A DNA stretch of 54,044 nucleotides from positions 1 through 54,044 of the forward strand of contig CAITSA010000027.1 of assembly GCA_903894955.1 (NCBI GenBank), read 5' to 3'. Made by a program: the position numbers and the translations under genes. The stretch comes from an uncultured bacterium. Its GTDB lineage: Bacteria > Patescibacteriota > Minisyncoccia > Phycocordibacterales > UBA9973. The notes under the pieces are model-generated. The model saw only the letters and a list, made by a program, of their open reading frames with translations, was not told where the DNA came from and made no database searches. Positions 16,788 through 23,508 of this stretch are shown here, in pieces (positions within the stretch are counted from its first letter, which is position 1; each line of letters opens with the position of its first letter).

Positions 16788-18279
16788 CCCTAGAGTACGA
16801 AGACGCAGAAATTGCGTCTTTTACTTTGAAAACATTGGCTACTTCTTGTGTTCCAAATATTCTATTTTCAAATGTCAGACCTTGTGGAAATTGGAACCAC
16901 TGCAATTTAATTTTTATTCCTATCTTTTTTATTTCAGACCATGTTTTACTTGGTTGTTTTAAGTATTCTTCCATAAATTCAATCATCTTTTCATAGTCAG
17001 CATCACTGTTGGGAATATTAGAAAGGGTGGAACTTGTTTCCATTAGTTGAGTTTCAATAAGTTCTAGTTGTTGCTTCAACACGTTATCACTAATTACTCC
17101 ATCAAGATTTTTCTTAATTATTGCAGATTGTTTTTCATTTAATTCATTCACACGTTTTTCTAGTTGTTCTCTCTCTTTTCGTTTTTCTGCTGTTGCTTTT
17201 ATTAAGTTGTCTCGTACAAGTATTTTAAGTTTTTGATATTTTGTTTCATCTAGTTTATATCTATCCATATATTTTTTGAAGTCGTCTTCAAAAACATCTC
17301 TCCTTAAACTTGATTTATCATTACCAAAACGATAAAACGGATATCGATTTCCTTTACCATTAGTAGACCAACTTCCTGTTAACACCTTACCTTCACTACT
17401 CTTTACAAATTTGCGAAGAGGAAAATCTGGATTATCTGTAAGATAAGCTGAATGCTTTCTTCCTCTTCTTTTTAATATTCTTTGTACTTGATTAAAAAGC
17501 TCTTCTGATACAATTGGCTTAAAATTTCCCTTATGTTTTTCTCCAAACTTAATAATCCACCCTGCAAAAAGTTCATTGGTAAGCATTGAATAAAAATATG
17601 ATTTTGAAAAAGGGTTACCTTTTTTATTTAACAAACCTTCCTTTGTCATCATCCTTCTAATTTCTTCTGTTGGATAGGTATCCAAAGATATAAGCTCAAA
17701 TGTTTTTTGTATTAGAGGAGCCATTATTTCATCTTGCACAATAGTAGCCCTTCCAGCTATTGTGGTATTTTTATAACCAACTGTAGCCATCCACACATAG
17801 CGACCATCACGCATAGCATCCTTCATTCCCCCTGCACAGCGTTCAGAACGTATATCATTATCAAACTGTGCAATGTTTGCCATTGTATTTTCCATAAAAC
17901 GACCAGCAGGGTTGTCTCCGAAAAACTCCGAAGTGGATTTTATTTCTACTCCATATTTTTTTAATAAAATACGAAGATAGCTATAATCATCCACCCTGCG
18001 AGATAGACGGTCTAACTTATAAATTATAACTGCCCTTATTCCATTCTTTTTGTTTGCACAATAATTGAGTAATTTTTGAAGTTCTGTTCTGTCTGCTGTT
18101 TTTGCACTTTCTCCCTGTTCAATGAATATTTCAGCTATTTCATAATCATTTTTTAAACAATATTCTTTACAAATTTTTTCTTGAGTACTTAAACTGTTTC
18201 CCTCATCAACTTGTTCTTTAGTGGAAACTCTAACATAGATAACTGCTTTCTTTCTAGAAACATAATTTATTTCGTTCAT
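16726..18279 (-). CDS. Large serine recombinase (integrase type)
   Basis: Resolvase catalytic domain KAVIYVRVSTKEQ...(Ser nucleophile)...IIYKLDRLSRR, followed by a recombinase domain and a long coiled-coil C-terminus. The likely start is MNEINYV at 18279. The last ~20 codons are the antisense of tRNA-Ala. Confidence 0.85.
   Translation of the reverse strand: MNEINYVSRKKAVIYVRVSTKEQVDEGNSLSTQEKICKEYCLKNDYEIAEIFIEQGESAKTADRTELQKLLNYCANKKNGIRAVIIYKLDRLSRRVDDYSYLRILLKKYGVEIKSTSEFFGDNPAGRFMENTMANIAQFDNDIRSERCAGGMKDAMRDGRYVWMATVGYKNTTIAGRATIVQDEIMAPLIQKTFELISLDTYPTEEIRRMMTKEGLLNKKGNPFSKSYFYSMLTNELFAGWIIKFGEKHKGNFKPIVSEELFNQVQRILKRRGRKHSAYLTDNPDFPLRKFVKSSEGKVLTGSWSTNGKGNRYPFYRFGNDKSSLRRDVFEDDFKKYMDRYKLDETKYQKLKILVRDNLIKATAEKRKEREQLEKRVNELNEKQSAIIKKNLDGVISDNVLKQQLELIETQLMETSSTLSNIPNSDADYEKMIEFMEEYLKQPSKTWSEIKKIGIKIKLQWFQFPQGLTFENRIFGTQEVANVFKVKDAISASSYSRVDRTGLEPATPSLQMRCSTR
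16801..16822 (+). terminator. Intrinsic terminator after tRNA-Ala
   Basis: AGACGCA-GAAAT-TGCGTCT followed by TTT. Confidence 0.55.
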
Positions 18280-18472
18280 ATTCTTTTTTATCCAAAAATG
18301 CCTCAACTAAAATACTTGCCAAATAATCTAGTGATGCGTTTTCAGATAAGTTATTAATAATACCAAAAGAGGGACAACGAAGTGAGTTTTTACTGCTACG
18401 CAAAAGCTCTCGTTGCCCCTCTTTGGGTATAAAATTATTCTCACCTATTAAACTTTTGCGTAGCATTTCCAT
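18254..18472 (-). CDS. Hypothetical small protein upstream of the recombinase
   Basis: 72-aa ORF on the same strand, overlapping the recombinase start. No family recognised. Confidence 0.3.
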   Translation of the reverse strand: MEMLRKSLIGENNFIPKEGQRELLRSSKNSLRCPSFGIINNLSENASLDYLASILVEAFLDKKEYERNKLCF

Positions 18473-18476
18473 TATA

Positions 18477-18833
18477 TCAAATTTTCAAAGAAATTTCACC
18501 AATAACTAAACCTTTAATACTCTTATCGCATTCTTGATTTTGACACCCTTTAAATTGATTTTTCCCCTTTTTTTCGTTCTCCTCAAGGGTGTTTGTAGTG
18601 AGTTCTAAAAAATCAATAAGCCCTTTTTTATCAGCTTTATCATATTCCTCTTCAGGCATTAATTCCTTAAATGCCTTCAGTAAATTTTGACGTGAAAATC
18701 CTTGACCTCGAACCGCCCTAACGAGATTAATAGAGGCTCCATGAAATGGATTTTTATGTTCTTGTTCTTCAAACCTTGCTTTTATACTTCTCATACAGAC
18801 TATTATATGTGAATACGGACATCCCATGAACAA
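18477..18833 (-). CDS. Hypothetical protein
   Basis: 118-aa ORF (alternative start MRSIKARF at 18794) on the same strand as the recombinase. No family recognised. Confidence 0.4.
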   Translation of the reverse strand: MFMGCPYSHIIVCMRSIKARFEEQEHKNPFHGASINLVRAVRGQGFSRQNLLKAFKELMPEEEYDKADKKGLIDFLELTTNTLEENEKKGKNQFKGCQNQECDKSIKGLVIGEISLKI

Positions 18834-18885
18834 AAAGTGGATAACTTTTTGCTTTAAATTATGTTAGTATGTGCTTACAACTAAA

Positions 18886-19042
18886 TATGTATCAAGAGTG
18901 GCGGTAGAGAATTGGCTCGATAACCCCACAGCAACCTGCAAATGTAAGGTGCTAAATCCAACCAGACACGAAAGTGTCAGGAAAGATAAGTTTGCGTCTA
19001 GTCCACGTAAAAAATCTTTCCTCTTTATTAGAGGAATTTTTT
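18886..19042 (+). promoter_or_regulatory. SAM-I (S-box) riboswitch with terminator expression platform
   Basis: TATCAAGAG-TGGCGG-TAGAGA-ATTGGCTCGATAA-CCCCAC-AGCAACC...AAGGTGCTAAATCC...AAAGATAAG follows the SAM-I consensus blocks. Hairpin TTCCTCT-TTATT-AGAGGAA (19018-19036) plus TTTTTT precedes the ATG at 19053. Confidence 0.8.
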
Positions 19043-19052
19043 ATTTATAAGT

Positions 19053-19469
19053 ATGAACAATAAAGAACTTGTTAAAACACTTAATACAGAAACTCTTTTA
19101 ATCTCAAGAAAACATTTCGGTATGTTTGATGTTCAATATGAAATTGATGGTGTCTACGATGGATACATAACGATATTGGTATTTAGACCCAAAAACCATC
19201 ACACAACGATAGAACAACTCTCTAAGGATATACGAGAAGGTATAAAATATTCTTTACCAGTCAATCTTCTTAATAGTGTTATGATTTTTCATTTTATCGA
19301 TTTAGAAAAATGGAGTGTTTCAGAAAATAAAAACATAGAAAATCGAGAAAAAGAAGACTACCTTATCTGTACAATTGTTATTTCTGATAATGGACGGCTA
19401 ATTAAACAATACTCTAATAGTCGTTCGGTTTCAGAAATGAGTGAACTTGACTATTTTAGAAACAATTAA
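19053..19469 (+). CDS. Uncharacterised 138-aa soluble protein downstream of the SAM riboswitch
   Basis: ORF only. No motif recognised. Confidence 0.6.
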   Translation: MNNKELVKTLNTETLLISRKHFGMFDVQYEIDGVYDGYITILVFRPKNHHTTIEQLSKDIREGIKYSLPVNLLNSVMIFHFIDLEKWSVSENKNIENREKEDYLICTIVISDNGRLIKQYSNSRSVSEMSELDYFRNN

Positions 19470-19530
19470 TCTAGGTTAACAATAGGTCGAATTCTTGATA
19501 TGATGTACTTATAAAACTTAATATTAAAAG

Positions 19531-19694
19531 TAGCCTAAACCTTAAGTTTTCTTAGGGCATGGTGAGAATCCCGTGAAGCATAAAGAACTCTTAGTCAGAG
19601 TTCGCCTTCACGGGTCATACTTGGAAACGAGTATGGGTGGTCTAAAAAACCATCAATCTGGCTAAGAGCTTTTTGCGTTTTAGCCTATAAAATC
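19531..19694 (+). promoter_or_regulatory. Candidate structured 5' leader (unclassified)
   Basis: 9-bp helix CCCGTGAAG/CTTCACGGG enclosing AACTCT-TAGTC-AGAGTT. 8-bp helix CATACTTG-GAAA-CGAGTATG with a GNRA tetraloop. Further helices GGTGGT/ACCATC and GGCTAA/TTAGCC. It ends 10 nt before the ATG at 19695. Confidence 0.4.
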
Positions 19695-20153
19695 ATGAAA
19701 ACATTAGGAATAATTTGGAACGTGATTGTAAATATAATAACCGTAGCTATTGTTTGGGGTATTTTTTCTATTGCTTCAACTAATTTTGAAACTATTGTTA
19801 TAGCTGTCTTAGTTTTAATTTATCTAAGCATGCAAACTTTTGCGTCTGGGTTAAGTTTATCCCAATTAAAGTTTATGGAGGCACTTGATGCTGAATTTAG
19901 AAAGGTAAAAAAAATAATAAAAAATGACGTAGATAGAGAAGAATTAATGAAAGAAGCACAAACGCTTGACCAAATTAACAATATTATGACGACACCCTTA
20001 ACAGAAAAAGAAAAAGAAGAGAAAGAAGAAAGAGAAAAAATAACAAAAGTAATTCAAAAACAAACAACTGAGTTTTATATAAATGCTGTCTTTCAAGTCA
20101 TTATTTATATAATTGCTCTTTATCACATATTAACAGCTCTTTCAGTTTTATAA
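19695..20153 (+). CDS. Membrane protein with central Lys/Glu coiled-coil
   Basis: 152-aa ORF with two N-terminal helices, one C-terminal hydrophobic helix and a charged middle. Confidence 0.55.
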   Translation: MKTLGIIWNVIVNIITVAIVWGIFSIASTNFETIVIAVLVLIYLSMQTFASGLSLSQLKFMEALDAEFRKVKKIIKNDVDREELMKEAQTLDQINNIMTTPLTEKEKEEKEEREKITKVIQKQTTEFYINAVFQVIIYIIALYHILTALSVL

Positions 20154-20183
20154 TTTACGAAAAATTAGAAGGTTAACAAAATT

Positions 20184-20978
20184 ATGTGGCTTAAATTAAA
20201 AACAAAAAAGTTTTACATCCCTGCTATCTTAATAATAGTAATTATCGTTGTTGGTGTTTCCTTTCGTTTTCATAAAAAGAAAAATTGTTCCGAAAGTGTC
20301 GCTGTTATTCCCATTACTGGTTATCTGTATTCTTCACCTCAATACAATAGCGATGGTTCTGTTGATAAAAACAATGTAATTTCTCTCGACATAGTAGCTC
20401 AAATAAGAAAAGCTGATGAAGATAAAAGAGTTACAGCTCTAGTTTTTGTAATTGATTCTAGTGGAGGAGAAATATTTACTGCTGAAGAAATTACTAGAGC
20501 TATAAAAGAAGTAAGGAAGCCTACAGTAGCCTTGATTCGTGCCAGAGGTGTATCTTCAGCTTATTGGATTGCTTCGGCTACGGGACGCATATTTGCTTTA
20601 CCGGTATCGGAGGTTGCAGATATTGGGGTTACAAATTCTTACACCGATAATGCAAAACAAAATGCAGACAATGGCATAACCTTTCATCAATTATCTTACG
20701 GAAAATATAAGGATACATTTAATACCGACAAACCACTTACCCCAGATGAGGAAAAACTAATCATGGAGCAAACGACAGAGCAAGCTAATGTGTTTATTAA
20801 AGAAGTTTCAGAAAATAGACACTTGCCAATAGAGAAAGTCCAAGCCTTAGCTGACGGTTCTGAGATACTAGCCCAAGATGCTGTAAAAGACCGTCTAATT
20901 GACGAGATTGGAAGTTTTGCGGATGTTGATAGATACTTATCTAAAACACTTAAAAAGAACGTGGAAATGTGCATTTAA
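20184..20978 (+). CDS. sppA: Signal peptide peptidase SppA (S49 family, 36K type)
   Basis: 264-aa ORF with an N-terminal TM segment. VFVIDSSGGEIFTAEEI...ARGVSSAYWIASATGRIFA is typical of the S49/ClpP-fold SppA. Confidence 0.8.
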   Translation: MWLKLKTKKFYIPAILIIVIIVVGVSFRFHKKKNCSESVAVIPITGYLYSSPQYNSDGSVDKNNVISLDIVAQIRKADEDKRVTALVFVIDSSGGEIFTAEEITRAIKEVRKPTVALIRARGVSSAYWIASATGRIFALPVSEVADIGVTNSYTDNAKQNADNGITFHQLSYGKYKDTFNTDKPLTPDEEKLIMEQTTEQANVFIKEVSENRHLPIEKVQALADGSEILAQDAVKDRLIDEIGSFADVDRYLSKTLKKNVEMCI

Positions 20979-20986
20979 GAACTAAT

Positions 20987-21210
20987 GTTAAGTTATGTTA
21001 AGTTAGTAAAACTTAATAATTCTATTACTAAAAGCAAGGTTTTACTAGGTTCCCATAATTTTCAATAATGATAGGTTTTGATAGGTTGTAGGTTTTCGTA
21101 GGTTTTCGTAAGTTTTTCTTATTTGCGTACTTATCGCAAAACTCGACACAATCTTAGGTTTTCTTAGGTACATAACAATCCCTTAAATGTTAAGTTTTGT
21201 TAGGTTCTAA
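20987..21210. repeat. Iteron-like array of short direct repeats (TAGGTT / TTAAGTT family)
   Basis: atgttaagtt x2 in tandem (20987-21006). Then ctaggttc, gataggtttt, gataggttg, taggttttcg x2, taagtttttc, cttaggttttcttaggt, atgttaagttttgttaggttc. By eye there are at least 11 copies in about 225 bp of non-coding DNA. Confidence 0.7.
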
Positions 21211-21413
21211 TCATTAGTAGTAGTTAAAACAATTCTCTTTTATTTGTAATATTCAATTTTTGTCTATATAATTAACAAAACTTGACTGTTAATTAGACCT
21301 TATTCCTTAGCTTCCTTTAGGATACTGACTAGATATTCGCTTTCTCTGGCAAACCTGTTCCAAAAAACAATATCTAAGTCCACAAAAATTACATTTAGGT
21401 TGCTACCTAAACA

Positions 21414-21902
21414 TTATTTATTCTTTAAATGTTCTAAATCTGCAAGTATTTTTCTTAAGTCTTGCGCTAATTGTTCAATATTAATTGACCTTATTTTTAT
21501 ACGTTCTTCTTCGGTTTCTTCAGTAATTTCTTCGACATCTTCCTGAATTTCATCAACATCTTTTTGAATCTCATCAACATCTTCCTGAATTTCATCAACA
21601 TCTTTTTGAATCTCATCAACGTCTTGGCTAATCTCCTCAACGTCTTCCTGAATTTCATCAACATCTTCACTAACTTCTGCAAGTTCTTGTGCCTGCCTGT
21701 TTACAGATATTTGAATAAATATTGCTAGATAGATTGCCTCGAGCGACACGATTGTTGTTAAAGTAAGGAGCATTATATCCCAAGAAACAATGTGGCAAAC
21801 AGATAAAACAAAAGCCACAATAAATAAAAGTGTATGTGCAATAAGTGAAGGCACTGATCCAACACCAATAATTATTTTTTCTATAAATTTTTTCTGTTTC
21901 AT
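21414..21902 (-). CDS. DUF1003-like membrane protein with acidic tandem-repeat tail
   Basis: 162-aa ORF with two TM helices and SLEAIYLAIFIQISVNRQA (DUF1003-like). The tail is DVDEIQEDVEEISQDVDEIQKDVDEIQEDVDEIQKDVDEIQEDVEEI. Confidence 0.6.
   Translation of the reverse strand: MKQKKFIEKIIIGVGSVPSLIAHTLLFIVAFVLSVCHIVSWDIMLLTLTTIVSLEAIYLAIFIQISVNRQAQELAEVSEDVDEIQEDVEEISQDVDEIQKDVDEIQEDVDEIQKDVDEIQEDVEEITEETEEERIKIRSINIEQLAQDLRKILADLEHLKNK
21531..21668. repeat. Tandem 24-nt (alternating, 48-nt) coding repeat
   Basis: catcttcctgaatttcatcaacatctttttgaatctcatcaa is reiterated and encodes (D/E)V(D/E)EIQ(E/K)D octads. Confidence 0.8.
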
Positions 21903-21945
21903 AATTAAGCAATTAGTCTATGATGGTCATTAAAAATAAATTTAG

Positions 21946-22758
21946 CTACGGATAGTATATTTCTATATTTCTCTTATGCTCTTCATAAGTCTTGGAGCAA
22001 TGTATTTGTCCATGTTTGTCGTGTAAATAAAATAGGCAATCTGTTTTTTGTGGATTGTAAGCAGCTTCGATAGCGTCAAGACCCGGGTTATCAATAGCAC
22101 CTGGTGGAAGTCCTGCATACAGATAAGTATTATAAGGAGAATTTATTTTAGTATCCCCTTTATTAACTTGCTCCCACCAACCATCCTCTTCGTTCCCTTT
22201 CGCATATTGCACCGTAGCATCAATTTGTAATTTCATTCCACTCCAAATACGATTCCAAATAATACCAGAAATTAATTTCATATCAGCCTTACTACCGTTA
22301 CTCTCTCGCTGAATAATAGATGCAATTTTCAGAGCCGTATCTGGATTGACTATCTTTTTAGATATTGGCTGTTTAATATTTTCAGTTTTTTTTGAAAACT
22401 CATCGAACATAATAGTACTGACAGCTGATGGACCTTCGTCTTTATTGATCAAATAAGTCTCTGGAAAATAATGCCCTTCTTGATTGGTAGTGTTTAGGGC
22501 CAAATGCACATTGATAAAGTCATTTTTAGCGTTTGCGTCCCAGCCTAATTTATTAGCCATCACGTCCGCCACTTCTTCTTTACGCAAACCTTCTTGGATA
22601 CGAACTATTCGAACTGAAGGATTGGCTAAATCTAAATAAAAAGAAATCTTGGCAAGAAGTGCTGGATCTAGGCTGTAATAAAACAAGATAGACACTATTA
22701 CCCCAAAGCCCAAAACAATTAACACTAGAAAAACTTTAAATTTTTTTAATTTCTTCAT
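21946..22758 (-). CDS. mltG: Endolytic murein transglycosylase MltG (YceG-like)
   Basis: 270-aa ORF with an N-terminal TM segment. ASIIQRES..., PYNTYLYAGLPPGAIDNPG and FYLHD...H...TYEEH are typical YceG blocks. Confidence 0.85.
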   Translation of the reverse strand: MKKLKKFKVFLVLIVLGFGVIVSILFYYSLDPALLAKISFYLDLANPSVRIVRIQEGLRKEEVADVMANKLGWDANAKNDFINVHLALNTTNQEGHYFPETYLINKDEGPSAVSTIMFDEFSKKTENIKQPISKKIVNPDTALKIASIIQRESNGSKADMKLISGIIWNRIWSGMKLQIDATVQYAKGNEEDGWWEQVNKGDTKINSPYNTYLYAGLPPGAIDNPGLDAIEAAYNPQKTDCLFYLHDKHGQIHCSKTYEEHKRNIEIYYP

Positions 22759-22853
22759 GTCTCATAATTATAACATAAAAACCCGGTAGTGAGACTTTGT
22801 GACGCTCTGATTTTATCAGAGCATATTTTGATATATCACAAAGCTCTACTATC

Positions 22854-22890
22854 GGGAAAAAACAAACCCCGTCGCTCGCGAGCGACGGGG
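22854..22890 (-). terminator. Intrinsic terminator on the minus strand, upstream of mltG
   Basis: Perfect 24-nt palindrome CCCCGTCGCTCGCGAGCGACGGGG (22867-22890). On the minus strand it is followed by TTTGTTTTTTCCC. Confidence 0.55.
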
Positions 22891-23029
22891 TTTGCGGCAC
22901 TTATGTTGTTTGTCTACGACTACGATAAATGTAAGTCAAAAAATCTCTTGCCCTACACTCACGAGAGTAGTATAGCATATTAAAATAAAAAAGCAACTGT
23001 ACGACAAGAAGAAAAGATGTTATAGTGCA

Positions 23030-23352
23030 AGAGCAGGTATCGGATAACTACTCTTTTATTTGCTTAGGGCTTGCCCTGAGTTTGTCGAGGGGAGGAAAGT
23101 CCGAACACAGATCCCGCCATCGGCGGGAAAAAGTAAAGGGTAATTCCCTTCCATAGCGATATGGAGTTGCGAACAGAAACGACCCGGTTAAGTCCGGCTG
23201 AAACGGCTAAATACTTACTCCTGTGCAAGATCGTGCTCCGACTTTAGGTTGGAGAGAATCGCTTGAGTCCCGCAGTAATGCTGGACCTAGATAAATTGTT
23301 ATCGCTTTGACTTCGGTCAGAGAACAAAATTCGGCTTATAAATACCTGCAAG
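23030..23352 (+). ncRNA. rnpB: RNase P RNA
   Basis: Universally conserved GAGGAAAGTCCGAAC (CR-I) and ACAAAATTCGGCTTAT (CR-V-like). P1 pairing is GCAGGTAT (23033-23040) with ATACCTGC (23342-23349). Multiple GC-rich helices in an AT-rich context. Confidence 0.85.
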
Positions 23353-23360
23353 AAAACGAT

Positions 23361-23398
23361 AATCCCCTGCTCAAAATGCGGGGGATTTTCTTTTCTTT
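23361..23398 (+). terminator. Intrinsic terminator after rnpB
   Basis: AATCCCCTGC-TCAAAAT-GCGGGGGATT followed by a T-rich run. Confidence 0.7.
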
Positions 23399-23508
23399 AG
23401 TTCTCTTTGAATTTCCTTGACAATATTTTCAGTTGCCCTACAATAACACTATTATAATTATTTAGGTTTTAGAGAAATTTATATTTTTCTATTTTAAAAA
23501 AAATTAAA

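Noticed and set aside
16726-16790. Whether the last ~20 codons of the serine recombinase (antisense of tRNA-Ala) are functional protein.
   Set aside because: This cannot be decided from sequence. The tail is probably a fortuitous read-through created by integration at the tRNA, so it is reported as an overlap rather than as a domain.
20987-21210. Repeat array considered as a CRISPR locus.
   Set aside because: The units are only 8-10 nt, degenerate and directly abutting, with no 25-40-nt repeats, no unique spacers and no cas genes nearby.
21497-21912. Alternative-frame minus-strand ORFs (61 and 80 aa) overlapping the DUF1003-like gene.
   Set aside because: They are frame-shifted readings of the same tandem repeat and TM region. 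The 162-aa frame has the coherent TM-plus-motif architecture.
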